Part shown: positions 13,071-25,924 of the stretch, in pieces
How positions within the stretch are numbered: position 1 is the first letter of the stretch
How the letters are laid out: each line of letters opens with the position of its first letter
Notes under the pieces: generated by a model
Told to the model about the DNA's origin: nothing
What the model saw: the letters and a program-made list of their open reading frames with translations, nothing else
Database searches by the model: none
Made by a program: the position numbers and the translations under genes
Source of the DNA: Eledone cirrhosa
Lineage: Eukaryota
Direction: 5' to 3'
Length of the DNA: 64,000 bases
Assembly (NCBI GenBank): GCA_964016885.1
Contig: OZ024742.1
Span: forward strand, 75,764,001-75,828,000

Positions 13071-14950
13071 TGATACCCCAACTTTTCTCTTTAACTCATA
13101 GCTTTTTTATTTTCAGATGCAGAATCAAAAACATTTTCTTAAGTTGCCACAAGTCTGAGCTCTTTTGTGGAAAAATCAATGATTCGTTTTATGAATACTA
13201 GGTTGTTTTGTGTCTTCTAGTGTTTCAATCATGGCGATATTTTGCATTATATGAGGAAATACATAATATATGTCAAATCAGAGAGTTGCGGTTGTTGCTT
13301 AGCTCAATCGCAGCTCTATTCAAGTAAAACATTTAACAAAGCTATTATAACTGTATATATGTAATGTGTCCAATACTATTTAACTTTAACTCTAATGTCT
13401 GAAGACAGCGGTATGTAATTAATATAGATGTTGGTGCTATTTATTGCGCATTAAAAAGAACACGTTAGCACGACATATCAGTATATTTTACATCGGCTTT
13501 ACTGTCAACGAACAACGAAGGATCAGCTACAGTGCTCACAGTTTACTATCTTAAATTAAAATATGTTAGATTTAATTCCAGGCGCGTGGCTTAGTAATAA
13601 CGAAGCGATGCATAATGTCCTTCATCAAGACACTTTTTTCACGTTGCATTTTCTGCCAGGGGTGGTGACAGGTAGATAATAACAACAATGGAAAGACCAA
13701 TGGAAACATTATTTCCTGGTTCCGATTTGACGAGTGCCACCCCTACCGCACGTGGTAAGCAAATGTAGTCAGCGATATTGTCGTTCGATCTTTAATTCCA
13801 ACGTTATACCCCCTCGTCGATATTTTATTATTGGGGCAAAAAATGCATATTTCTTGTGTGTAAATTTGATTAGGCAAAACATTCTGGCTACATTAATTAT
13901 TGTAGCATCTACTTAATTATTTATTCATGTCCTCCTCAATAAATCCTTTAGGCTCTACTAAAATCATCAAAATCACAATCTGTATGTAAAGCGGTTAATT
14001 TTATAGCATCCATTTCCCTTCCTGGACAGAACATCAACTATTTAGCACGCATCGATTTCACAGCTCTGTGCATCTTGATATTATATGTCCCATTATGTAA
14101 TACCTTGTTATGGATCTGAAATCTGAATTGTTGCGACAAATATTTATTGGTAATAGAGGCAGAGTTTAAGATATGAAATAGCAACACATCGGATGATAAA
14201 TATATATAGTCTCTCGAATATTTGCATTATCACAAATGTGAAAATTGTTGTAAAAGCCATGTATTAACTGATATAATACAATTTTAAGACAAATAAATTG
14301 GTCTCTATTATACCCAATTCGTACACAGAACTATACATATGAAGGTCTTTTTTCTATTGTCAGAGAAAATTATTGCTGTTTAGATAGAAGAAATGAATAA
14401 AGACAGGTTTTTCTGCATTCATACCGTTTCAGAGAACACTCTTTTCATTTGAAATATCACTAATATTTTATGTCTGCGGAAATATCTTGCTATCTGATTA
14501 CATACATAATATGTATAAGCAGATTAATGTGATAAAACTTGTGAACATGTCTGCCGATATATTTGTAATTGCCAAATGCAATAAATAGTTTAGTATATTT
14601 GAAGTATATATGTATTTGATTGCGTTATATAATATGTTTCAGAAAGAAATTGAGGTATACAAATTTCAGGTTTTCTGGGGAAGGCATCCATGGTCTAAAA
14701 CTGAATTTTGTTCATATCGATATGCTTCTTTGTTTTTTTTTTCTTTTAACATTTTATGCTGCATAAAGGAAATGTGTCTATCAGCGTGTTCGGTGTTGTT
14801 GATGGGTCTTAAAAAAAACTAAAGTCACTGAATGCAATTAAAATTGTTCAAGGAGAGAATATATTTGTGTTGAGTTTCTGAGGAGAATTAGTTAGTACGA
14901 AATCTGGACGGTGGTATATATATGTGTATTATTATCATTACTATTTAAAA

Positions 14951-15145
14951 GGCGGTGGATTGGCAGTATCGGTAGAGGGTCGGACGCCATGCTTTCGAGC
15001 ATAGTTACGTCCCTTTACGATCTGAGTTCAAATCCCGCCGAGGCTGACTTTGCCTTTCATCCTTACGGGGTCGATAAAATAAAGTACCAGTAATGCACTG
15101 GGTAATTGCTGGCCTTGTGCCTAAAGTAGAAACAATTATTATCAT
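14951..15145 (+). mobile_element. tRNA-derived SINE with Meta/MESC-like central domain
   Basis: A-box-like tggcagtatcgg, B-box gagttcaaatcc, core gcctttcatccttacggggtcgataaaataaagtacc, att tail; many copies in the window. Confidence 0.85.
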
Positions 15146-15499
15146 TACTATTTGATACTGATTTATTATGAAACACTAACATATATCGAGTGTTGGTAGT
15201 TACAATATATCAATGACTATACTTTTCTATTAGTAAAGTATACAAATTTACTGAGGTAATAAACGACTAGTATGGAGTTCGTAATATATGCCAAAATTTC
15301 GTTTTGTTTTTGAGCAGCATACCCTTGGTATGATAAGAATAATCATGATGATGATGATGGTGATGCTGATGGTGATGATGATGATGATGATGACGATGAT
15401 TATGATGATGATGACGACGAGGAAGTAGATGATGATTACGACTTATAATATTTCCAAACTTACAAATCAAAAGAAAGAATATACATATATATATATAAT

Positions 15500-16120
15500 T
15501 CCTGATATAAGGTTTGACTATCTTTGTTTATTTTATTGTATATGAATATTGATTGTTTCTTGTATCTCATTCTGTTATTTTGCCCGAGAAAATATCTATG
15601 TGTGTCATCAAACGTTGTACACACATAGATGTTTTTTCAAGTTCCAATTGAGTTCTAGCACGTGACCTGAATTCCTTTTAGAATTCATTGCCTTGCGCAT
15701 GTATTGTTTTTTTGGCGGTAATTTACTTCCTCATTTTTGAATCAGTTTGAGTATTTCTTTAGAACTGCTGGAATAGCAAGCTAACATATACCCCAGGCAC
15801 TGATGGTGATTATCGCTAAATACTGATGCTGGTTAGATTATCAATATTAGTATTATTGGGCACTGATGAATTATAATGGCCCACTTGAATATATATCTGT
15901 TGATTTTATACAAGCTCCTACATAAATTGGTATAATGCCACCCAAGTTGTAGGAAGCTTATAAAGAAACGAGACGTCCGTCTGGGAAGAGATATATTCGA
16001 TATGTCTCATAAGAAATAATACAGCCAATTTTCCAATCAATACATTTAGTTAGCACCCCGAACGTTTAATTAGGAATATACTCACTTATTTCCTAATGTT
16101 TGTTGAGTGAGTTGGAATTT
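15500..16120 (+). mobile_element. Diverged relative of the 6596-7985 element
   Basis: Shares aattgagttct, ttagcacccc, ctaatgtttgttgagtgag and the branched HHR; (TA)n flanks. Confidence 0.7.
15856..15985 (+). ncRNA. Hammerhead with branched stem II, diverged copy
   Basis: CUGAUGA-A.UUAUAA...UUAUAA.A-GAAA-CG-AGA-CG-UC; internal hairpins covary with the 6678 copy. Confidence 0.7.
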
Positions 16121-16907
16121 TTATATATATATATAGTTCATTTGCTGTTTTAGATTGTTGTTACTAATTATCACAATTCATGGCAGAAATGTCATGCTGT
16201 TTATCCATCAATAGGTAATGGGATACTCCTCTGGAGCTTTAAAAATGCCGGCAAGCTTCCATTCTTGGATTACACCAAAATAAGAAAAGTTGAACTCTAT
16301 ATTAAAATCCTGAAAGCTAGGCAAAATTTCAAGCTCTCCGGCGATTATCCATTATAGATAATTTTCATTAGCAGGGGGTAATCTGTTTGATTCAACAGAT
16401 TATTGGGTAAATTGCCTTCAGATCATTACATTCAACTAGGTTTTTCATCATGCCTTAATCGGTAAAATAAAGTTCCTATGATGTACTGCAGAACATTTAA
16501 GCGGCTATGCGTAGCTCTTAAACATCTATCCTTCTACTTATATTAAACATGTTTAATACCTACACGGCTCTGTCATCCACAGAATGAAAACTTCCAGGTA
16601 TATAAATTATTACTATTATATTCTAAACTATGTTTTGGAATAAAGAAACATTCGCACAACTGATAATCTAGTGATTCAAATTCAATTTAAGAATAAATCA
16701 ACTTTAAATGAAGAGAAATTAAACTAAAGACAAAAAATAAAATACCGTAATTGCAATAGAATATATACAATTGGGAATCATGAGTAGTTTTATGAGAATA
16801 TTACATCTCCTCATATTTGTGGATTCGGGGATAATTTATTATAATTATTTACACAAATATATATATGTTTATTACTAACGATAAACCTGTCTATAAATCT
16901 TTCTCTC

Positions 16908-16943
<36 letters not shown>

Positions 16944-17031
16944 CAAGAGATGTCAACATGAATGAAGCTTTTATTTTTATCTAAAGACATTTTTTTCCAG
17001 TTTCAACCCACCCGTCCCCTCATTCCATCTT

Positions 17032-17067
17032 TCTTCTGATGATGGACTAGCGTCCGAATCGTTAAGA
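17032..17067 (+). ncRNA. Minimal hammerhead-like motif with extra U after A9, A15.1 mutated
   Basis: ucuu-CUGAUGA-U-GGAC-uagc-GUCC-GAAU-CG-UU-aaga. Confidence 0.5.
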
Positions 17068-17172
17068 CCCTCTTCCTGTTATTTCAAGCGTTACCCTAAT
17101 ATATTCCTTCCATATACTGTACCGATTGTGTTGTTATTTCTGTATACCTTTTACATACACAGCGACCCCCCC

Positions 17173-17224
<52 letters not shown>

Positions 17225-17263
17225 GATATTAATAAATGGAAACTATATTTATAAAACCATATT

Positions 17264-17328
17264 TATTTCATTATACATATTTCAGGGATACCACAGAAAA
17301 CTACGGTATGACTTCATCAGACAAAATA
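17264..17328 (-). ncRNA. Type I hammerhead ribozyme, left arm
   Basis: uauuuugu-CUGAUGA-stem II-GAAA-UAUGUA-UA-augaaaua. Confidence 0.75.
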
Positions 17329-17374
17329 CAATATATAACAGTTTTACAAATATTTGTAAAACTGTTATATATTG

Positions 17375-17439
17375 TATTTTGTCTGATGAAGGCATACCAT
17401 AATTTAATGTGGTATCCCTGAAATATGTATAATGAAATA
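17375..17439 (+). ncRNA. Type I hammerhead ribozyme, right arm
   Basis: 8-bp stem I, CUGAUGA, stem II aggcauacca/ugguaucccu, GAAA, self-complementary AUAUGUAU stem III, AUA triplet. Confidence 0.85.
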
Positions 17440-17570
17440 AATATGGTTTTATAAATATAGTTTCCATTTATTAATATCGTATATCTACTCCAAATATTTG
17501 TCGAGTGCTTTATATCAGTTATAAAAATATTTACTTGTTGTATCCCAACAATTTTAAATAGAACTTTTGC

Positions 17571-17604
<34 letters not shown>

Positions 17605-17768
17605 GAAATTGTTCGCTCTACATGGCTGAATACAATAAATGTAATCTGTGTTTTTCGAAAATTAATAATAAACTTCGATTCGTTTGCAATTATGCAACAA
17701 GCCTCATTTTTAAAGCTATATAAGTAGAATGAACCCTTCACTCCTGCTCTTGTGTTGGCATGTAAACA

Positions 17769-17818
17769 GAACTGCAGACACTTGTGTTTCTGGGTGTCAC
17801 CCTTCATCAGTAGAGCTC
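17769..17818 (-). ncRNA. Type I hammerhead ribozyme
   Basis: gagcucua-CUGAUGA-A.GGGU-gac-ACCC.A-GAAA-CACAAGUG-UC-ugcaguuc. Confidence 0.75.
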
Positions 17819-18371
17819 ACTGTTCACCTGCCAACTGTCAGAGCTTGTGAAAATATATGCTATTTTCGAAAATTTACAGTGACTGATCGGCCTGATTTGC
17901 ATATTAGCAGACTGGCTGATCAGTCATATCTGCATATTAGCACATCCACTGATCAGTCAGATTTGCATATCAGTCAGTTTCCTGTATACGAGCGATGTAC
18001 AAGAGCAGGAATGAAGGCTTCATTTTACTGACATGGCTTTAAAAATGAGGCTTGTTTGCATCATTGCAAACGAATAGAATGTTATTATTAATATTCTAAA
18101 AACTCAGATATATGTTGTATTCAACCATGTAGAGCGAAATATTTTTTTGTTTAATTTGAATGTGGCAAAGCCAGCCATTTATGGCTCGTGTACAGGAAAC
18201 TGACTGGCCAGTGTGCTGATATGCAAATCTGACTGATCAGTGGATCGTTTAATATGCAGATCTGTCTGATTAACCACTCTGCTAATATGCAAATCAAGCC
18301 GATCAGTCACTGTATATTTTCGAAAATAGCATATATTTTCACTAGCTCTGACAGTTTGGCAGGTGAACAGT

Positions 18372-18421
18372 GAGCTGTACTGATGAAGGGTGATACCCAG
18401 AAATATTAGTGTCGGCAGTTC
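18372..18421 (+). ncRNA. Type I hammerhead ribozyme
   Basis: gagcugua-CUGAUGA-A.GGGU-gau-ACCC.A-GAAA-UAUUAGUG-UC-ggcaguuc. Confidence 0.7.
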
Positions 18422-18553
18422 TGTTTACATGCCAACACAAGAGCAGGAATGAAGTGTTCATTCTACTGACATGATTTTAAAAATGAGGCTTGTTTGCATA
18501 ATTGCAAACGAAACGAATGTTATTATTAATATTCGAAAAACACAGATTAAAAA

Positions 18554-18625
<72 letters not shown>

Positions 18626-19179
18626 CACACACACACACACGCCACACACACCCATATATATATATATATATATAAATTTTAAAGAATGCGAACCCAAAAC
18701 AGAAAGTAACTAACAACCGTTAATATTTATGAATTATAGCTAAAAACGGAAAACCGTAAGCAGGAGTCGCTACTGAGAATCAAACTCCCTTTTTTTGTAA
18801 ATACCGGCCGAATGCGTTAGCCATTACGCTAGAGAGCATCGGATCAAAAATTTCCTGATATTTAATGTGTTGTTCTGTACAGCTTGTATCTAATCCAGAA
18901 ACCAGGCTCTTCCATTGAAACTTAGACAATATTACATAGGAAATTACGTATGCTTGTCAATATGTGTGTATTTGTTCAGGTACAGATGCCATTGCATGCA
19001 TGCATATGTTAAGCATATGCAAATGCTTTTATATCTATGAATATGTATATGCTTTAATTATACATTATACATTTGTAATTTGTAATATTCTAAAAATGTG
19101 TCTTATATAATATATGTATTCCTTACCTAATACACCATATATCCCATGGTATGAAATAAAATTACAGACAATAAGTCAA

Positions 19180-19730
19180 TTCATAGTTGTATAGATATCA
19201 TTACCAATGTTGATGTAAATATGAAAAGGGATAAAAACAAAACGAAGCAACGAACAGAGGGAGGAAGGGGAAATGAAGGGCATTACTGGCTGCATAAGAA
19301 AGTAGAGGAATACCATAACTGTGAGCAAAAGGGCTATAAAGCCATGTGAGAAAAGGGAGAGAAGATACGCTCTATGCCTAGGTGTTGTTTCTGTACCTCT
19401 CCGCGGACAAAAATGCAAAGTCGTTCCCACGGACAATGGCCAGCGGCAGACACTCAACCACCATCCGCACCTCGTGGGGTTCCTTCCTCAGACAGGCTTA
19501 TGCCGTTCCTATTTTACGGGCGAGCACGGAAGAACGGGTTCTGAGGACGCCTCAGGTCTCGACGCTGATAGGTGTGAAGTGGAAGTGGCTGAACAAGCTC
19601 CGGTATTTGTTTCTTTTCCACTTCTCTGTATTGCGAACGCAGTATCGGCGGAGAACCTGTCAAAGTATGTGGCGTTCCGGATGAGGGATTTAACTTCAAT
19701 GGTTCAGATCTCATCTAGCGCCCAGTAAAT
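19180..19730 (-). mobile_element. 3' fragment of a CRE-like non-LTR retrotransposon (REL endonuclease C-terminus + 3' UTR)
   Basis: Minus strand NKYRSLFSHFHFTPISVET*GV ... LPLAIVRGN fits the K-Y..F.P..ET.G..AI.RGN pattern; GC-rich island. Confidence 0.65.
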
Positions 19731-20379
19731 TAGTCCAAATGCTAATACGTGTACAGATATAACAAACACATTATGATCCACTGATTCATTGTAAGCAGAG
19801 ATTTCCGAAGACTATATTTTCCTTATCCGGTTTGTATACTCCACGCATGCTCGTTCCATGTTACAAATTACCACATACGTTATATTTTAATCAATCCATA
19901 AGTATAAGTAGCATTCGATATTAGATACCGCAGATAGTTTCAAGATGTTGATACATATATGGCTAAACTGGATTATAGTTTCCCGTCACCTCACCATAAC
20001 ATAGGAACATTTTCCCTGGTCAAAGTATATATTTCGAGAATGCCATACATATACCAAGGTGTTTTCTTCATAATATATTTATTGTTACATATGCTTTCAT
20101 GTAACCCACAAAGAAAATGTTAGAGTAGTTTTTCTGGCCTCCTTTGAACCCTTTACGAGCCATTCATATGTTCATACCATGAAGGAAAAAGCGTCTGACA
20201 AAATAAATTACATCACAGAGTAAATGTATACGTAACATACACGCCTGGTGTACTCTACCCTATCAAGCACAATACAATCCCTCCTCACTTGAGTTTAAGA
20301 CTAGTGCTCTAGTACGGCGGCGACAGGCTCACAATGCTCCTGGTCTTTGTATTTGGAGTGCTAGCAATGCTCCGAGATA

Positions 20380-21250
20380 TTAGCATCAAAATGTGAGGAA
20401 CACGAGCGAATGCCAGCTTGATTCCCAACCAGATTGTAGACAATTTCTTCCTATGTCACCACACCTCTCACAGCATTGTTTGTTTTTTACTTTGGAGTTG
20501 CTAAACATATTCCAAACTCCTTTCTCCACAACTGCTTCTTTATCACTGAAGGTAATGCTATTTTCAATGAGATTCTGAATGAATAAGTTCAGACGGACTG
20601 TAAACATTTTATATATTAAATTAAAGCATGCAATCTTAGGATAGTTTCTCTCCAAGTGAGTTAGTCTGTTTTAGGAGATCACTCTTATCGCTGTCTTTCC
20701 CAAGCATCTTCGTGTATGTAAATTCTCATTTAAAGCTGGCTGGTAGAAGCTGTTATGATACTTACATTAGAAGTTCAATTTCTTATGCCAGTAGTCGTTA
20801 GTCTAGTCTGCTCTTTCCTATTACAGTCTTGTGATACTTTGTGGTTGTTTTCTAATGCAAAAATCGAAGTTCTTTGGGATTGTTTTGAAATTCACTTCCA
20901 ATTGGTTAGACTGATTTTCGTTATAAAACACTTCTCTTCAAAACGAATCTATATCATTCTATGACGGAACCAAAGTGACATTTATTGATTTGTTCATCAT
21001 ATCTTTGCAAACTGATGATTGGTTTCGACAGAACTTCATATTAATTAAAGTTCTTTCACGTATATTCACCCACCTGATACTATTGTTTCCTACAAACAGT
21101 TTTAATTTTTGCTTGAGGGTGATCAATATATATTCAAACCATTTTTTTACTATATCCGAATATCGTTTCTATTTTACTTTTTTCTCTTTGTCGTTAAGAT
21201 GTGTATTTATTTTCTTACTTGATAAGCGTCACCACAAAACCAATATGGAT
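20380..21250 (-). mobile_element. Highly degenerate LINE fragment, R4/Dong-like pre-RT and RT N-terminal region
   Basis: LKQK..FCRNQ and NYPKIACFNLIYKMFT resemble the NYRPITCL..YK.FT RT motif. Confidence 0.5.
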
Positions 21251-21344
21251 CCTTAGATCATCGAACATTGTTCTAATTTAGAAATGAAAGATGTCACGTT
21301 TTGTATTGTTTTGTCAGTTTACATCTCTAATACGAGCACGATGT

Positions 21345-21525
21345 AAGGCTTTAAAATTGTTGGACGCCATGCATTGCAGCATAGAGTTATGGCTCTTTAT
21401 CTTCTGAGTTCAATCCTGCCGAGGTTAACTTTGCCTTTCATCCTTACGGGGTTGATAAAATAAAGTACCAGTAATGCACTGGGGTAATTGCTGGTCTTGT
21501 GCCCAAAGTAGAAACAATTATTATT
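21345..21525 (+). mobile_element. tRNA-derived SINE copy
   Basis: Same core as 14951-15145. Confidence 0.8.
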
Positions 21526-24435
21526 ACTCGACAAAATGCAGGGCACAAATCTGCCTTAAATATTCACTTCTGATTTTGATGATACTGGGAGCATATATTC
21601 GTTTTTTGTCTAATATCACCAGGTGTTTTCTCTATTGTAGTGGGCAGGTTAAAAAACGTATTAATCTGTTTTTTTTAATGCCTTACTAACGATATATTAT
21701 GCACACTTCTCTATCCGAGATGACATCATGTTGATGGTGGTAGTCGACGTGCTTGACATATAACATACCCGTCAGGAAAATTCTGACCGTATACGCAGTA
21801 TACATGTGAGGCCAGTAGGTTTGCTTTAAGAGAACATTCGTGTATTGCTTGTTTAGGAAGATGGCCAGCTTGACTGTGAGGCGTAATGCAATTACATTAC
21901 GCCTCACAGTCAAGCTGATCATCATCCTCAACGGTATAGATGCAGAAAAATCTATCTTTATTCATTTCATTCTATCTAAACAGCAATAATTCTCTTTTGT
22001 ACCGATATATTATACATATTTAAATGACATTTATGGATATTGTTGAATCCAGAAATGCAAGATACGCAATTCTAACGGAAAAATGTTGGCACTACCTTTA
22101 GCTGTTAGATCTCTCAATATATGTGACATACATCAAACCATTTAAAGGATTCAAAATGAATAATACTTTATTCAGAGGAACGGAAATACGTGGATTATTA
22201 AAGGTGGATGTTGGCCTCTACTTAAAACATTTCCTTGACAGGAAGCAATAATCTCATACCGCTATTCAACTATATTTCAAGAAATATATCTTAAAATGCT
22301 TTAACAAAATGGAAGAAAGTATATGGTAAATGGTGGTTCATAAACTCAAATGGTCTAGAAGTTTTTGCTTGTACTTAATAATATATTACATTAATTCGAC
22401 ATTACTCTTCAGTTGCTGTACTGAACATTCTGAAATAGAAATAAAAATAAAAATAGCAATTTGCAGGCTCTCATTATGGGAGTGACATTTTACGGTCTAA
22501 TTCAACACCAACTGCACTTCACAGTGCACAATCAAATTGGGCATGCAATATTCTTCCAAATACTTCTGCACGTTTCTCTACTAACCGACAGGTTTTCTTT
22601 ACTCTCAATCGTTCCATGTTCTTGGATTGTTATTGGTGACGAATTTAAAAATAAAAATTCTCCTTACAATTTAACAGGAGATAATTAATGTATTATCACC
22701 CATTCAGCATTTATCAACCCTGTTTGTTCAACTGTGTTTCATGTACAGTCGACTTACACCTTCGTTTGTGATTTCGGACCGAATTACATGCCTGTGCCCT
22801 GACTACTTCTTCTGCCTATCTCTATTAGTGATTCTGGTTCTGTTTCAGACCTTATATCCTCCATAAAGAACGTATTGTTTAACGATGGTATAGACGCATT
22901 TTTCTCCGACTTACATCCCATCCTCACATTTTTCACTACTAATGATATTGGTATAAGAACAATGGAAATGAGAAATGTGGAAACGGAGTTGCGTTGAAAA
23001 TGAACCTCTATTGGGATTTAGTCTTTGAGATATTTTAGTCTCTACTTTACTTGCATATTCAATCTGGATAAACATAAAGTAACATGTTAGATGCATTTAA
23101 TCAATTGTACACGACTAAAAGTTGCCAGATGTTGTGTTTATATATATATATAAATCCATCCTGTCTAGTATGAAAGCCGGGATGCTGGGAACTATAGAGC
23201 ACCATGCTTTGCTGTATTTATCAATATACAATTACATTATACGTTCACTTGTGTGTGCTTTCGTCTTTGCTCTTCATAATTTATGTTCGGAAAATCAGTA
23301 TTCGTAATATATTGAGATAGATCTTTGTTAATATGTTGGCGCCCTTTTCTGTGAAATATCTATATTAATGCTGTTTTAATGATCAGTTTATTCTTGTTTG
23401 AGATATTGTTATGTATTATCTCGCATTAAACTTTTTGTACACATTTTAGACTCTGTATCAATTTTCATATGAACGACTAAAGAAAAGCATAAAATGAAGA
23501 ATGAATGTAAAAACCGAATACATTATGCCTTATTTAAAAGAAATATTTCAGAAAAGACCAATAATAAAAGAAAAAATGATGCCTTAATATATACAGGTAG
23601 AAATTAAACATATATCAAAGACTATATGAAAATTTGCCGACAAATTGTCTAGAAGTTGAACGATAATAACTATATAAGATATAAGAAAGAAAGCAATTTT
23701 ACAAATTATAAGAAATGATATTTAAGTTTTGGATTCCAATAAACGCAAAACGAAAATCTGCAATGAGAAATAAGACGTCAACAATGGTAATAATTGGATA
23801 CATATCAAAGTTAGATATTTACCTGCATCTACACTTTTCCTAAATCTGCTTGGGGAGGCTTGCATAACTATATAAATATATTTTACCGATATATATTTAT
23901 TTTTACTTACACATTTTATAAAAAATTATACTACAACGCTTGCAAACAGTGTTTTTTTTAAAAATATTTTTATATTTCGTTGCTATTAAATAGCAATGTT
24001 TTTTTCCTTCTATGTTGGAGCCCTGGATGGTTTCAAACGGTGGAGTAATTGTTACTGTATAGAATAGAATAACACTTCTAAGTTGTGTATTTATATTCTT
24101 GAATTTATAAAATAACTAGTAGTAGAATATTGGCGTCTATTAATAATCGATTATCCACTTCCAATACACAAACATTTGATATTATCGACTTACAACAATA
24201 TATATATATAGTCATATATGTAATATTGGCACATGATTTGGATATGGTATACGAAGATATAATGGCTTAATATTCCAGAATTCAGTTTTAAAACATTTCA
24301 CGCATTTTCACGTTTAACAGAGACACTCGGATTCAAAGATATGATGTAAATTTTCAAAATATATGAAATTACACATAAAATAGAGTTAACAACATAAAAG
24401 ATAAACTCAATCAACGACTTTAATTATATTACATA

Positions 24436-25265
24436 CTAGCAGTGGTACCCGGCGTTGCACGGGATAAGGTATTTTGGAACGCGCGCCGCCAACAGACCTA
24501 ATCGTGAAAAAACTGCATGCCTGGACAATATGTAAAGAAAATAAACCGAATACTCTGATGGCTGGATAATCTTTAAGATTTTCCTCGATGACGCAGCAAA
24601 AATGCAGCTTTTCACCTAATGAATTTTTTTAATGTGTATAATATGCTTTGAAATTTCGCGAAAATCGGCTAGACGTAACGCCTCCAAAAAGCCTTAAAAA
24701 GCTGAAAAAATGAAGTTGTTCACCTAATGAGGGCCCTAGGCCATAACAAGTTTGATTTTCTTTGCTCACAGTAGGAAGAAGAGACTGACTAATACATAGT
24801 TACAATTTCAAGGAAATCCGTCTAACGTTACGCCTCAAAAACACCTAAAAAGCTTTAAAAACGCAGTTTTTCACCTAATGCGAGCTCTAGGAGATCAAAA
24901 TGTTGCATTTTTTAATGTGCATAACACTACCTGAAACATAAGTAACACACATCTAAAGTTTGAAAAGAACCGGTTGGGTACTTCTGGAGTGTTAGGGATT
25001 CAAACTCACAGACACACACACACACACACATACACACACACGCGCACACAGACATACATCCTCAGGGAAGTGACGTAATGCAGACAGCAGACATACAGAC
25101 AGGTATTATAAGGGCGCGACGTTATATGTATGTATCTATCTAAAAAGAGAAAGACTAAGAATTATAGAGAGAGATCGCTAAATCGCCTAATGCGGTCCCT
25201 AGGGCATTGAACATTTGAATTATTTTTTGCTCAGAACGCTCTCTGAAACATAAGTATTACACGCA
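24436..25265 (-). mobile_element. Non-autonomous Helitron-like element
   Basis: Minus-strand 3' end has hairpin cccgtgcaacgccggg followed by CTAG|T at 24436; internal subrepeats containing cacctaatg/cgcctaatg; 5' end uncertain. Confidence 0.7.
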
Positions 25266-25279
25266 TCACTAATTTTCGT

Positions 25280-25497
25280 TGGTGGATTGGCAGTATCGAT
25301 AGAGCGTCAGACACCATGCTTTGCAGCATAGAGTTATGGTCCTTTACGTTCTGAGTTCAAATCCAGCCGATGTTATATTTGCCTTTCATCCTTACCGGGT
25401 CATGAAATAAAGCACACGTCACGCACTGGGGTCGATTTAATCCACTTTCCCTCTCACCAAATGCTGGCCTTGTGCCTATAGCAGAAATGATTATTAC
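25280..25497 (+). mobile_element. tRNA-derived SINE copy
   Basis: ggtggattggcagtatcg..gagttcaaatcc..gcctttcatcc. Confidence 0.8.
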
Positions 25498-25624
25498 TTA
25501 CACTGATTAGCTTAATGGTTTGCGATGACTGTTGAATGATCTCCGTTAAGGGAATCTAGAAAGATCGAAATATGTTCATAGCTTTCATTTGTTGGATTTA
25601 AAATGATGCATGTGTCTTTTTATA

Positions 25625-25830
25625 CGAGAGTGGGCTGAAATGTCCATAGGCTGATTATGACGGAGTGGTTCTAGTGTTGCGAAATTTTGTATACATCAAT
25701 TTCAACCCTTCTCATTAATTAAATCTTTCCAGGGACTATGTTGATAAATAAACCTCATTTGGTCCTTCCATGAGAGTATCGTGTTTAGCCTTTGATATTT
25801 TCAACCTATGAACCATTTAGCTGGTCCTCG
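25625..25830. mobile_element. Tc1/mariner-type MITE
   Basis: Imperfect TIRs cgagagtgggctgaaatgtccatagg / cctatgaaccatttagctggtcctcg flanked by TA; partial relative near 31620. Confidence 0.65.
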
Positions 25831-25924
25831 TAGAATTCACAAGCCCGAATGGATTTATCTTAATAGAAACGTGTTATGTATTTACCAAAACTGAATATAC
25901 ATTGTAAATCTCAACTCAAGAAAT

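Larger units (their letters stand above)
17221..17482. repeat. ~262-bp near-perfect palindrome (head-to-head pLTR pair)
   Basis: Centre at 17351/17352; arms differ mainly in HHR stem II; the right arm continues to 17570 and then (TA)n. Confidence 0.95.
17600..18550. mobile_element. Inverted-repeat composite of non-coding HHR-bearing units
   Basis: About 17640-18000 is inverted at about 18190-18545, with an extra partial unit between; microsatellites on both flanks; relative at 28640-29385. Confidence 0.85.

Noticed and set aside
13115-13200. Exon-like segment after a tttcag acceptor
   Set aside because: Stops in all three frames and no supporting plus-strand exons.
15267-15470. Poly-His ORF
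   Set aside because: It is the translation of a (GAT)n microsatellite.
17236-17467. Near-identical METIFIKPYLF ORFs on both strands
   Set aside because: They are a by-product of the palindrome; substitutions follow RNA pairing rather than codons.
17880-17975. Short ~30-bp repeats resembling a CRISPR array
   Set aside because: No unique spacers, no cas genes, and the context is a eukaryotic repeat.
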